A program made the translations under genes and the position numbers. A stretch of 64,000 bases of DNA from Chrysomallon squamiferum. Lineage: Eukaryota; Animalia; Mollusca. The stretch covers positions 22,134,001 to 22,198,000 of the forward strand of contig CM022679.1 of the NCBI GenBank assembly GCA_012295275.1. The letters run 5' to 3'. Within the stretch, counting starts at the first letter, position 1. Each line of letters begins with the position of its first letter. This document shows, piece after piece, positions 10,707 to 25,100 of the stretch. The notes under the pieces were generated by a model, which was given only the letters and a program-made list of their open reading frames with translations, did not search any database and was not told the DNA's origin.

Positions 10707-13700
10707 ACACATGCAAATATATACACAGATTATGAAAGTCCACACATTCTAAAATAGATGCAAAGTGTAACTTAATTAGCAAACAAATATAAAAATAATA
10801 GTGTTTTGAACACAAAAAGAGCAACAGATTTCACTAGGTTATAAAGTGTAAGCCCAGGCATCTACATTTCTAACGTATTTGATAAAAATTGTACCAAAGA
10901 TTGTAAATAGACTGGAAACACTGCATACGACAGTTTCTGAGATGTTCAGTAAGAATAATAAAAACCACTTCAGTTACCCATCACACAATGGGTGTAAATA
11001 ATTTTGTTTTAACTTATCAGTTATTAAGGATCTAGCATCATACTAAGAACGCAATCAATTTTTTGTCATCACTTATGAGGGATTTGGCATCATAGCACGA
11101 GTGACCGACAGGAAACCTATTATTCTATGGTCTGCTTTTTTCATTAACAACAACAGATGTTTAATACATGCCATCCCCTATTTCCAAGGGAAACAAAGCC
11201 TTCTGTAAATCAATCATCAGAAACTTGCTGGTGTATAAAATAACCTAATGAGTGCATTTTGTTGAACTGATCCCAAAATCCCTGAGTCATTTTTGTCACT
11301 ATCTAATTATCTGCAAATTCTAAATTTTGTTTTCTTACCTCACTATCTTCCCTGGTCTGAGATCAAAATTATTTTTGACAATTTGCAGTAGTTCTTTTTC
11401 AGACTTGCTTGATGTCCCATAACTGAATACAGTGATCGACAAAGGTTCAGCAATTCCAATGGCATAAGACACCTGGAAAAAGAAAAAGAAATATTAATCA
11501 CTTAATGGATGGAGTCATTCTTGTATTAATAACACTGGTTTCATAACTAAAACCCTGATATCAGAAATAATTAAAATACTTTACGATAGCATAAAAGACA
11601 CATGGGAAAAATAAAATTTAATTGCCTACTGATTGGAGTCACTCCTTTATTAAAATTTAAAATGTTTGTTTAATAACTGCTATCCTGGAGTCAGAAATAA
11701 TTCAAATACATTTCTAATTTACAATGTTTTTATCTGAGCAAAAAAACAATTTTGTGACCTAGATTAAAGAACAAGGTTTGCTGAAAAATAAACAACAACA
11801 ACAACAAAGTAATTTGGTTTAGACAGAATCAACTGCTGGAAGAAAATGATCACAGATGGACTACTCACTTGGACAAGGACTCGTTTGCACAGCTTTGCCT
11901 TCACTAAAGACTTGGCCACCCATCTAGCAGCGTAAGCTGCAGATCGATCCACCTTGGAAAAGTCTTTGCCAGAAAATGCCCCACCTCCATGTGCACCCCA
12001 CCCACCATATGTGTCCACAATGATCTTTCTTCCGGTCAGTCCAGCGTCACCCTGGAAACAGAGGGACATCACAAAACTTAGTTTATAATTACAACATATT
12101 TTATTAGAACCAATTGAGTTTCCTAAAAAAATAAAATGTTTTGGAACATTACTAATTATGCCAATTTTATTATTGAAATAAATAAATTTGTACCAGGCAA
12201 ACAAAAGCCATAGTTCTTTAACTGTATCTTTAATGAATAAATCAATATGAAATTATCTTTCTTAAACTTTTACCAATGATCAATGATACTGGCTTACATT
12301 TGTACCAGACATATCTGCCAAAACAAAAAAACACAAAAAAAGTAAAAAGTCTAGAATTTTTTTTTTTTTTTACACAATTTATGTTACTATTATTTGCTCA
12401 AATTAAAATAAGCATCCCCCCAAAAAAAAAAAAAAATAATAATAATAATACTCTGGATATAAATTAAATTAAATTAAACACCTAAAAACCAAATTCACAC
12501 AAATCCAAACAACTACCAAGAACGTTGCTGCTCACCTGCGGTCCCCCAATAACAAATTTGCCAGATGGCTGCAAATGAAAGACTGTGTTTTCATCCAGAT
12601 AATGTCTTGGAATGACTGTTTTAACAACCTTCTCCATCAAATCCTTTCGCAACTGCTGCAGTGTAACAATCTCATCGTGCTGTAAGGAGATGACAACGGT
12701 GTGCACACGAAGTGGCACAGCTGCGCCTTTCACGTACTTGTATTCCACAGTGACCTGTCAAAAAACACACTGAATTTTTAAAAATTACTGCACTCACAAA
12801 ATAATTATTTCTTTTAAACATTTGTTAATATAAACAGAAGAGGTTTGTATCTCAAGAGTTTAAAAAAAAAATATCGTAATATAAACAAGAGGTTTATAAC
12901 TGACTTAAACAATGTCTTGAGTAACACATCACACCATCCATTGATTAGATTACTGAAGTAAAAATTTATTTCCAACAGTTATGTTATTAATGGTTATTGG
13001 GTACATATTGTATAATGACATCTAAAGACAAGATATTTAGCCAAATAAAATGAACACTTATCAACGTCGTCAATAAAGCATTTATGATAATTTTCAGAAA
13101 TCAGAATTGTAAAACAAGTAAAATGAATGCCCATCTTGCTCAATATTAGCTCTTCAGGCCAAGTTCTACCTGTGCTACATCACCCATTTCTTTCTAATAT
13201 CAAGAATGTTGTTATAAAAATTCTTTTTAACATAATTACTTTAGATCAATAACCAAGATACATCTAGTATTTAATATATTTGCATAATTTATTTCTTCAT
13301 CTGTTACACGTACAATTAACTGGTTGAGTAAGTTACACATTTTATACATTAATCATGATATAAATCCAGGTATGTTAAAACAATAATTTACACATGTTTT
13401 TCAAGTGGTCTCAGTTTAAATGTAAATTACATAGTTGTTCCAAAATTATTTCATTCTAAATCATCACCATTTCTGCATGGGTTTCAAAATAAAACCATCT
13501 GGAAAGACTTCAGTGCTAAGGTAAAATCATTAATATTATATTTAACACATGTTAATGATTTCAGTAAAGACATACAGTCAATCAGTAGCATTTGGTGCAT
13601 CCTATTTCCACATTATATTAAATCACTATGAATCAGCTGCTAAATCTGTTTTTTATTATTATTTATTTATCTTGTTAGTTTGGTTATGTCCTCTCAAAAT

Positions 13701-16568
13701 CAATATAACAGAAAATTTAAATTTTTCATATTTCTAAATATTCCAGACAAATCATTTTCTTTTTACACGTACCATTAACACTAAACAAAAAACAAAACTC
13801 AAAAAATAACAAACAAATATATATATATATACATTATATGATAGACATGAACAAACTTTACTCACATTTCACAACAAATTCTTGTTCATATTTTGTCAAA
13901 AAATAAGTCCATTAATATCACTTAAATGTTACAAGTAAAGTGTAATAATCAGAAAGTGCAGTCAGTCACGACAAACTGAATGCTATGGAAACACAAGAAG
14001 CTATAATTAATATTAATACGACTCACTTATTTCAAGCTGACACAAATGAAATTCAACTACTGCAACTGTTTAATTTAATAATTAAAAATACCTGCACACA
14101 CATATGAAAACATTAATATCACGTTTCAGTAAGCCTAACATCTGTATGTGTGTGTATGCGTATGAGAGAGAGAGAGTGAGATAGAAAAAGCACAAACAAT
14201 TGATATATTTCTACATTTAAGATTTTAAAATCACCTGGGTCTTAGAGTCAGGTCGCGCCCATGGTAGATCGCCACTCCTTCTAAGCTGTGCTATTTTAGC
14301 ATTGAGCTGGTGAGAGAGGACGACAGTCAGGGGCATGCACTCCTCAGTTTCATCAGTGGCATATCCAAACATCAGGCCCTAAACATAAATAATAATAATA
14401 ATAATAACAGCAGCAACAGAAAATGAATAAATAAATACATAATTATTGAACAAAAACATGTGTCTGGGTTGTTTTTTTTTATCTGAGAAGCAATTTGATA
14501 AAACTGTTATTAACCTATTATTTTTTTCAATTTCGAACAAAATACTAAGGCCATAAATTAAAATAAAATCATTAAGAGATTTTATCAAAAAGGTGTACAC
14601 TGGTTTTTGCCTTAGTGTGTTTCATATCAATTTATATTTATTTGACAAAATTAGTATCAAAATAAGACTGGGTTTTTTTCTTCAAATTTTGGACAGAAGC
14701 AACTAATTCATACTTGATCTCCAGCACCGATATCTTCTTCATTTCTATCAATATGGACACCAGCTGCAATGTCGATGCTTTGTTCTTCCAAAGCAATGAG
14801 GACATTGCAAGTTTTGTAGTCGAATCCCTTCGAGGAGTCATCGTAGCCTATCTGCTTTATTGTGTCTCGGATCACACGCTGGTAGTCAACATGGGCGTTT
14901 GAGGTGATTTCACCGGCCACAAGAATCATACCAGTTTTGGCGACAGTCTCGCATGCTACCTTAGCATGGGGGTCCTGTTTGAGATGTGCATCCAAGATAG
15001 CATCGCTGACTTGGTCACAGATTTTGTCTGAAATTCATAATTTGTTATATTTACTAATTACCCAGCTATTTGGTCTCATAATTAATCATTTAGATGATGA
15101 TACTTGCACGTCAGATCAAAACACATATAGAATAAGTTTTGTATAAGTATGCAAATCCAAATATGAAATAAAAAATATATATATTATATAACCAAAAAAA
15201 GTGTTTTTTTTTTTAATAAACTAATATTAGTGAAAAAAAAAAATTATTTATTGAGTTCCTGTTACTTTAGTTTAATAAGTTTATGGCTGTGTATGGAACA
15301 CAGAAAACATATTTAAAGTTATGTTAGCATGAGCTAGTTTTGTGTGCTAAATGAAGTGAACTTATGATAAAACTGCAACAACCTTAATTTGCTTTTTTCA
15401 ATTTTTCCCATCTAGATCAGTTCAAAGAAATCAATCTGAAAGATCTACATTACATTTTAAGTTTAAATTAGAATGCTAAGTACAGACCTAAAAATTTATT
15501 TTTGTATTTAATCATAATTTTATTCTGCAGTAAAATAAATAGTAGCTTGCATTGATCATGAATTGTTAGACCTGTCATCCTAATTTTCAATTATATATAG
15601 TAAACTATACCCTGATTACACATACAACAACATATGTTTAAGGTTAAATTTCCAATTTGCTTTTTAATGACCTGTCAAAGCTTTAGAAAATTTATTTTAA
15701 TAATTATTACTAATGATCAACATTGACATCTAACCTACACTTAAATCCAATACTTTTCTTAACCCGGGAAACCCCACAATCAATTTTATTACTAAATATA
15801 ACCATTAATGCACCATAATAACACCCAAGTAAGCATTATACTTTTAAAAGTATTTAAAAGTTTTTATATATACATATAATATATCATAAAAATGTAAAAT
15901 TCATAATTAATTGAATATCTCTGCTGATCATTCTAAATATTTAAATATTTGATGTGTGAAAGTTGAAAATGAAAGTTACTTGTCTAAAAGTTATGTTTAT
16001 ATTTTTAGTAACATACGTTCATTAAAGTTGACCTGGTTGTACATTTTTAAATTTCTGGATCAAAGTGATATCAAAACCGATATAAATTATCCATTATGAA
16101 TAAAATATTAAACCACTGAAATTTTGCACCGTATAGAACGACCACAATGGTTTATTTTGAGAAACAAAACATTTAATTTGACCTGTAATGAGTATCAAAA
16201 ACTAAACAAATGGAGTTTGTTTTTACAGCATAATCAAATCGTAGTGATCCCCACTTCAGTTGGTTTAAAGTACTATTAGATCTTCTGCAGCTATTTTCAA
16301 AATTCAAAGATTATTCAGTGAAAACTCTTGTTTTGATTTTCATTAAGACAGTTGGCTGAGTTGCTATTTGACGCTAGTTTCATCAGCAACAGCATTAATT
16401 TAGAGAATATCCATTCCAAACAATTTATTTACCTGGGTGTCCTTCCCCTACAGATTCTGATGTAAAAAGGAAAGAACCCACATCATCCTGACTACATTCT
16501 TCAGCATAATGATAGTTGATTTCCCTATAATGATCACCGTTGTCCGTCATTCCATTTACAAGCGACAT
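10472..16568 (-). CDS. MAT: S-adenosylmethionine synthetase (methionine adenosyltransferase), 7 exons, 410 aa
   Basis: Exons 16433-16568, 14714-15027, 14235-14378, 12536-12754, 11869-12051, 11339-11472, 10472-10574. All introns are GT-AG with consistent phases (1233 nt total). Motifs [59 protein letters not shown] and TACYGHFGR. Confidence 0.97.
11030..11285. mobile_element. Possible decayed SINE remnant in the last MAT intron
   Basis: The segment GGAAACC...TCATTAACAACAACAGATGTTTAATACATGCCATCCC...AAATAACCTAATG resembles, from memory, a degenerate copy of abundant gastropod tRNA-derived SINEs. Not verified by a search. Confidence 0.3.
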
Positions 16569-16627
16569 TTTAACACTATCACATCAACATTTGTCGGAAA
16601 AGAGGACGATTACAATGTAGATTTCTC

Positions 16628-16675
16628 TTTTATACCAAGATTTCACCACGTGATAAAATGAACTTGATTCATTGG
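16628..16675 (-). promoter_or_regulatory. MAT core promoter: TATAAAA, E-box CACGTG and CCAAT box
   Basis: On the minus strand: TATAAAA at 16628-16634, CACGTG at 16647-16652, CCAAT at 16671-16675. These lie 60-110 nt upstream of the ATG in canonical order. Confidence 0.6.
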
Positions 16676-18833
16676 CTAATATCCGAAAATAGACTCTACC
16701 ACTAAAGGGGCTTATGCATTCTGTTTATCTCATTCTAAAAGATTTAATGACAGTTCTCTTTAATCAGATCAGAATTTTATAAAGTAAAATTGTATAATCA
16801 AATGTATTTATTCACCCCAAGTTGTTAATGACAAAACCTGAAATAGGTTACTGTATTTCTTTTCCAGAATATAAACAAAGGTAAATATTATTTCAACAAA
16901 TTAATGTCATTTATTTTTCAGGCCACTCTCAGGTTATTGTGTTACGTAATACATTCTTTATAATTGCCTTCATTACTTAAATAACCATCGATGCTAAAAA
17001 AAAAGAAGAAAAAAGAAAACGACAAAATAATAAACAAACAAACACCTTCTACGCATGCTCTGCGAAAAATTCCGTATCTGCTGTCACTGCGGAATTAATC
17101 TGCCTTCAAAGCTGGTAGAATCCAATTAAGGTTAAAGCGTGATGTAACACGTCTGTTGCAATGTGATCTGTCTTACTGAGGTACCGTTATTTTTGTAATT
17201 GTTTATTTCTAAAATAGAGGTAACAGCTAATTAACAGTAAAGAACAATGACATTTAGCGATTCATACGAAAAGAACCCCAATAATGCCACGTATTTTCGT
17301 TAGCCCAAATCGGATATATCATATAGTTAACCTTTTACCGATACGCGATAGTTACATAAAGCAGGATACATCATTACATGCGACGCCATTTGTTTAGATC
17401 AATTTTTGTTATTGTTGCTTATCCAAGTTATAATAAATAACTATAACGTTTAAACTCGCTCAAATTATAAAAGGTGTTCATTAAAGTGTAACAGTTTAGT
17501 GACTTCAGCCTTTAACAAAATAATTTTTTTTTTTTTTTTTTTTTTTTTTTTCAACATGTTTCGAATAGCATACTTTCACTTAACATGTGTTTAGGGTTGT
17601 TGTTACATTATTTCAAAATGAGCCCCGTATTAGCATTTTAAATAAATTATATAAAGACAGAAGAATTAATTTTATATGTTGCTAATAACAACAACAGAAT
17701 TGCTCAGTACATTATCACGTGACTGATAACTAACTTAAGTATCACCACATGTATCCCATTATATGTGTTTATTTTTTCTTAATTATTTTTGTCTGCCTTG
17801 AAACTGGGTCAGTCTTTCTGTCTGTTTTTTTTTTATTCTTTCAGACAACTAACTGCCAAGAAAAGTCATTTCCTCATACAAACTTATGTTATTCCATACA
17901 CAAAAACAATTAAGAAAGTATAATAATTATAGACTGCATGTGAGATAAATATTCAGATAACAATCAGCAGTTACAAAATTTACTGTGTTAATAGAGGGCT
18001 TTAAATTTGTAAACTAATTACAGGGATGATTACTTTAAAATATTAATAAACCTGCTCCCATTTTTAAATAGGAATAAGCTACATACATTTAGCATGTTTC
18101 TAAATTATTGTTCTGTTTTGTGGTTGGCATCATGTCATAGGTTAACAATAAAATATGACAACAAAATAACAAATTTGTGAAGATGTTTAGAAGTTGCCTG
18201 TTTTTACTATTCAATTATTTATTTTTATGATGTTATTTTGGACACAGTAAAAAATAATTTTAATGGAATGAGCAAATAATTACCAAGCACCATTTTTTAA
18301 ATTATTATTATTACTTTTTTTTAAATATGTTATATAAAAAAAAAAACATAACATAGGGATAACATCAGTCATGTAGATTTTACAAGCTTGTTATAAATAT
18401 TATTTCAGTTATCTATTAGTATTAAAAATTGTTATCCAGAAAAAAAATCAAAACTGTCATTTAGAACTATACAAAGATGCATTTAATCTTTTTCAATGCT
18501 GTTATTGGTGTGCAAAATGTATTTAGTTTGTACTGCCAAAGGTATATACTTAAATAAACATATGTGTATGTAATAAACATACACAGAACAAATATATCCA
18601 GGCTGTTTCTTCCACTGACTTAAAAAGTATTATTAATTTATACAATCAAGGTAAATGCTATTTTTAAATTATAATAATGATCAATAATTACATTTAACTT
18701 GATTTTTTTTGAGTGTAAAACAATTTTGTGTGTAAATTCACTGTTTTTTTATGTAATATGTGTTAGGTAAAGGTCAAATGGAGTGATTTTTCTTTTCATA
18801 GTTAAATGGTGTTAAATTTTTTGATAATGTAAA

Positions 18834-18906
<73 letters not shown>

Positions 18907-18973
18907 AACAGAAATATGTACTATATATATAAAACTAAAAGTTGTCCATAATATCAGTCTTTTTTTTCTTCAG

Positions 18974-21558
18974 ATGTATACAGATTCAGTGTGGCAGCTG
19001 ACTGGAAAAGCATTTCTAGTGTTTGGTGTTGTAGCTTTTTTAATTCAGTGGCTTCTTCCTCGCTGGAAGAAATACAAACAACATTATCCCCAGAAAGTTG
19101 GTAAGTATGACATAAATTAATGCATTATAGGTATGTCTGAATGTGGTTGTATAAAGCTTTTCTTTCATTTAAGAAAACTGCCACACCAAAAAAGAAAAAC
19201 ATTGATAGGAATAGTGTTTTCCATAGAAATATAACCATTAAATTTTATTATAAAGTTCACAGAACAAATTAAAATAGTAAACATGTTTATTTTTTAATAT
19301 ACACCTTTGACACAAGCTTAACATATGTTATTTCAGAAAAGCCAAATGAAGATATTTCAGTCAAAAAAAGAAAACAAATTGAAGCAAGAGAAAAACTACA
19401 AGAACAACATGATATAAAGGTATTATTTTTGATTTATATGGATTAGGTTTCATATATTTTTTTAACCATCTTGAATTTTCAGAGATTAGAGAACACTGTC
19501 TGTATAATGTAATGAAAATTTATACTGAATTACTTTCATCAACTATTCTGTGTTTGCCTCAAATTTTTTTTATTTTCATATTTAGCTCACACACAACTCT
19601 CTCTCTCTCTCTCTCTCGCCCCCTCTCTCTCACTCTGCACACACACACATACAAACACATGTACAAACACATGCACACATGTAATATTTAAATTTGCATG
19701 AAGAGAAAAACATTGGCAGGCACACCAACCATATGATGTTGTGTTTATATTGAATAGGCTGTCATATTTAATGAGAAAATACTTGTACCAAGAGAGGAAG
19801 CTAAAAAGAAGAAAAAGGAAAAAGAATTTGAAAGGTTCTCAGGACCTGCGTGGAAAGGAGAAGGACACGAGCTTGGCGTAATATTTGTTTTTTAATTACT
19901 TTTTAATTTGTTTATTTTTATTATTATTTTTTATTTTTTCCATGTTTTATATACATATATATCACATCAAATTATAACATATTATTTTTCTTAACAAATT
20001 GAAAGAGTAATGAGACTTTTTCCTTTTTAATTTTTTGAGTTTTATTTTTTATACATGTGTGTTGTTGTTGTTGGGTTTTTTTTATCATTAATCCAGCAGT
20101 CACATTTGTTTTATTTCATTTGAGATGTATTCTCTTTTATTATTATGTTTTTTTTAAAACATAATGAAGAACCTTTTTGCATTTCTTTCACTTCCAACTG
20201 CTTATTTCAAAACAAAAATTCTTTGTAAAATTGTTAACCAGACTTACTGTCTAAATTGTTTTTAATAAAAAAATATTTCATTTATTTATTTTTTTATTAA
20301 AAGTGCTTTTTAATAAAGTAAATGAAAAAAAAACATATTTCTGTTAAAACTATTTTTAACAAAATAAATGTATAAAACATAGTTTCATTAAAATTGTTTT
20401 TAATAAAATAAATAAATAGTTTTATTAAAATGTTCTTCCAGGGTGATTTGTATTTAGAGAACACAGATTCAGATGAACAGACACTGAGTCTGACTGCAGC
20501 TAGAAGAAGAAAATTACCTGAATCAGAGTCTAAAGTCATCCCTCAGTCAACCGTTAAACAGAAAGTGAAAAAGGTAAAGAGTCTCTCTGAGTAAAAAAAA
20601 AATCTTTTTATTGCAGTTTACATCTATGAATATTTGTCATTCCTAATTTAATAATTTAATTCTTGGCTTAGAAAGAAACTTAATCATTTCATTTGCGTCT
20701 TTATTTAAAAAGAAATAATATAAAAACATCATTCATACTTCACCTAGAAGGTATTACATTCGATACATTTGAACATGTAGTATAATTATTATTGAAATGT
20801 ATTCAGGTTATCACTCTTCCTGAAGAGCCAGCAGAGGGCAGCACTGATAGTGTTACTGTAATTCTACGAACACCTGTTGGAAGAATGTTTAAAAGAAAAT
20901 TCTATCATTATAATCAGTTTCAGGTGACCTATTGTTTTGCATTTGTTTTTAATTCTTTATCTGCTGTGAAGATGAAATTGATTATTGTGTGATGTTTAGT
21001 TGCTGTTTTAATGAAAGGTGGGTGAATGTTTCCAAGTTTATTGTTAGTGTGAATCTTTTGTTTTTCTGGTGTGTTTTTTTTTGTTTCTTGTTTTTTTCTT
21101 TTTCTTTTGAGACCAGAATAAATGTGACTGATCATAATAAGGATTTGTACATCTGTAAATTTTTCGATGAATGTCACTGTGTATCAGTGAGTGTTTGTGT
21201 TTATCAGGTTGTATGTATTTATATGTAGACATATTAGTAACCTTAGTGAAACACGTCTATCTCTGTCAAATTGTAATATGAGTTTTATATTTGATGTATA
21301 TTTTATCTTCTGTATCAATAAATAGATAGATATGTATTTTAATAGGATTTCCAGCATTAGTTAATTAATTAATTTATTTATTTATTTATTTCACAGGCTG
21401 TCTTGGACTACATGACAACAGTTGGTTTCAGTCAGTCGCTGTATACAATCTCTACCTCGTATCCTAGAAGGAACTTGTCTGAGGACAATGATAAAACTTT
21501 ACTCGAGTTAGGATTTAAAACTCAAGTGACACTGAATGTTGAGGAAAAAGATGAATAA
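18974..21558 (+). CDS. UBXN8: UBX domain-containing protein 8-like (N-terminal hydrophobic segment, coiled region, C-terminal UBX domain), 6 coding exons, about 246 aa; a further upstream exon is possible
   Basis: Exons 18974-19100, 19337-19419, 19758-19877, 20442-20573, 20807-20923, 21397-21558, all GT-AG and in phase (741 nt). Motifs KAFLVFGVVAFLIQWLL, AWKGEGHELG, LPEEP...LRTPVGRMFKRKF and TSYPRRNL...TLLELG...LNVEE. Confidence 0.85.
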
Positions 21559-21789
21559 AACTGTGTCTTGTTTTTAACTCAGACAACAAAGAATATAATC
21601 ATTAGGAAGTTTATAAATGATTTTTCTGAAATTTTTATGCAATATAATTTTTCCAGATGTTCTTCTAATTATAGCTGAACTGTGCTTTTTAGCTTTAGTT
21701 TTTTTCAAAGTGAAAAACAAAAACTAATTTAAATATCTATTAGTTTTGTTAATTGAGTATCAAATTGTAAAGGAAGTAATAGTGAGGCA

Positions 21790-22155
21790 ATGAAGTAGCT
21801 GGAAATAGATTGTCTGAATTCAAAATATTGGAAATAACAAAAAAAGATCTGGAAATAACTGGGTTTGCTGAATGAAAACAATGGAAATAGCATTGCTGAA
21901 TACAAAACAGAGGAATTACCAGTAAATTTCTAAATAAAAGATTTGGAAATAACTGATTCACCAAATGAAAAAAAAATACAACTAGTGTTGCTGAAGTCAA
22001 TACACTGGAAATATAAGTCTTTTTCTGAATAAAAGATTTGGAAATACAAGAGCTGGAAATAACCAAATTTTGCTGAATAAAGAAAGTGGAACAGAATTTT
22101 GATGAATATAAGGCAAAAATGGAAATAATATCTGTTTGCTGAATAAAACAGTAGG
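21790..22155 (+). repeat. Degenerate tandem repeat (core TGGAAATA...TTGCTGAATAAAA) just downstream of the UBXN8-like stop codon
   Basis: About ten recurrences of (T/C)TGGAAATA alternating with TTGCTGAA(T/G), at irregular spacing of roughly 20-45 nt. Confidence 0.6.
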
Positions 22156-25100
22156 TTATAATTATGTTGTGTCAAATAAGAATGCAGATGGGTTTAAAAA
22201 ACTAATGTATTTCAGAATTACTTTGTGAAAAATGCTTTCAAAGTTATGGCTGTGCTTTTTAAAGGGTTTTTATAATGTACTGGTGATGGTATATATTATC
22301 AAATGGCCAAAATACATTTTGTATACTTTTAAATTATTGCTTTATTAATTTCTAACAACCAGTTTTTAACAAGTTTTTGAAATATATATATATTATTTAA
22401 ATGTTTAAAAGTGCCAATTTTGTTATGTGGATTGTTTTTGAAAATTATCATACTGTGTGAAAACTTAAATATACATTTTCGTGTGAAAAAAATAAATATA
22501 CACTTCACTTTGATCACAATAAAGTCCTCTATAAATCAAATATATAAATAGCTTTTGTAAACTTATTTTATTGTTCATTCATCTTGGTTTAGTTATGCAA
22601 CCCCCAAGCATGTAAAATAAATAAAGAAATATCTACAATTTCTCTATTTAAAGGTAATAATTTCTTTATTACTGATTCATGATAAGATTCATTTTATCTT
22701 CATGTTTGATTATTCCTTCTCAGTTCCTGTTCTCTCTTTTGAACCTTAGACATTTATCAACCCTTGGATATACCAGTCTGCCAAATCCTGTCCTAGAGAT
22801 TAAAATCCTTCTTTTACTAAATACTGATTATCACGTTACATAAAATAGTCATTTTAATAATTAAAAACATTATTTTACAACTAATGATTAGAATGTGTTT
22901 TTAACAAGTTTTACATAACTTAAAAAAAAACAGAAAAGAAAAGGTCATCATTTTTTTAGTAAATGTTTTAGAAAATTAGATAGGGATGATGGATACCAAG
23001 TTCAAGATTGTGTACTTGGATCTTGAATAATGCCATATTTTATGTAATTATTTTTTATTATTATTTTTTCTTTTATGAAAACTGAAAATTATATATTTTG
23101 AAAAAAAACAAATAAATATAACATAAAAAGAACTTATACAGATGATTTTGTTATTTCTTGTATCTCAAACACATATATTGTATTCATTTACTTATCTCTT
23201 TCTTAAAAATGTTTTTCTTGAAGCACAATCTATACTGTTGTGGCAACAATATTCATCCTCATTTAACATTAAATATTCTTGTATTTGTTAAACAGATAAT
23301 GGTATTACGACTTTCATTTCCACTGTCATGTTTTTATTTATTCTGTACTGATAACCTTTACCTGCATTTAACTTAAAACTATCTGTTTTGTTCTGAGCAT
23401 TTCTCTTATTAATAATAGTTACCTGCATTATCACCTTAAAGCCTTCTGTTTCATTTTTAATACTTATGCCATCCTTACCTTTATCTGCACTATCACCTTA
23501 AAGTCTTGTTTTGTTCTTGTTGTTTTTGACACTGTAATCATTACTGTTATTGTAATCACCTCTGCAGTTTTGTCACATTTCAGTTATCACCTTCAGTTAC
23601 CAAGATAAGACTTAAAATGCAGAAGATGCACGATTATCATTTTAATCTGGTTACTATCTGCTTTAGTGTATTTTAAATTCATCTTTTTTTATCAAGGTAT
23701 TTTTGTAGTTTAATATGTTAACTTTCAACAGATTTTTTTTTTTCTGTATTATCATATTGTTAAATTTGTTCACGCTTACTTCATTGGATATTATATTCAG
23801 GGAACAAGTGCAAATTTGGGATTCAAGATTGAGTAGGAATTTGAATAGCAATTCAGACTTGATTACTATCTATATTATTATATTCAAACCTGCTCTTATG
23901 CATTTATATTCTTCAGTGAACAAGGAACATAAAAAGAATAGGAATTGTACTTGAACCTTTGTCCTTCTGACTATCTGCATGTCCACTGTTTTGATCAAGA
24001 TGTTTTTGTGATGTAATTTCCATGATTTACATAAAGTGGCATCTTAAATCTGGGTTAACTATCTGTATTATTGCTATTAAGACAACTGTGTATTATTTTG
24101 TATTTTGTTGTTTGTTTGTTTGTTTGTTATTAACTTCATGTTCACTGGATCTGAAGATTAGGGTTATTCACTGTTTTTGTCTGAATTATTACTTTCAAGC
24201 CCTATGTTTTGTTTAAGATGTTTTCACCATTAAGTGGATATGCTCTTTAGTTAATCATAAAAATTTCAGATTTTAGTCTGGGTAGATGCTAATACTTACA
24301 TTAATCATCATCATCATCATTTATGAGGCAATCTAAGTTTGCATATTTGAACAAATAAATGTGGTTTTTAAACTTAAAATCCTGGGAATTAGTTGGGTAT
24401 TGATCCTGATTACTTTCTGTTCTGTCTTCAGGGCAGTAGCATACTGACTCTTTGTATCAAGGCTGTTACCACAGCAATGAACTGAGCCTTGCAGTGAAGG
24501 ATCAGGAAATTAATATTACTTTGTCCTTGGCAGGACAGCACTAGACTTTAACATTAGTCACAGCATGAGATACATGATCCTGTCTGGAATTTCTGAAAGA
24601 ACAGGCTGTAACTGAGGCGTATGTAATTTTCAAGATGATCACAAGATAAAGTAATAGAGTGAGAGATAGAAATAAAGAAAAGAAAGATGAGTGGCATGCT
24701 CCCTGTATGACAGTGAATGAATATTCAGTGTATGCAAGTAAACAGTGAATTCACCTACTTTATCCTTCGTCATTTGTTAATGTTTAGTGTGACCGTAGTA
24801 AATTGTCACCTGAATGCTACATCAGGGATTATGTGTTTACTACTGTTCACTGAAAATGGATATGGATTTTTGTATAGATTTATTTTAAACATCTGTGTGT
24901 CTATTATATTAATGTTGTTGTGTACACTTGTATGCAATATATATATAAATTATGGCTTAATAAAGAGACCTGATATTCATTAATTCAGGTTTATTTATCA
25001 GATGTTTATCCAGTATAGGCAAAACGCCATAATAAACTTTTTATCAATAATAATAATAATAATAATAACAAAAATAAACAAACGACTGTTCATTATTATT

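Noticed and set aside
11199-11209. UUUACAGAAGG in the last MAT intron as a possible METTL16-regulated cryptic acceptor
   Set aside because: Imperfect motif, weak pyrimidine tract, and it lies inside a probable SINE remnant.
16868-16932. Two microexon-like AG...GT segments (13 and 11 nt) on the plus strand near the MAT promoter
   Set aside because: No frame or homology support; such patterns are frequent in AT-rich DNA.
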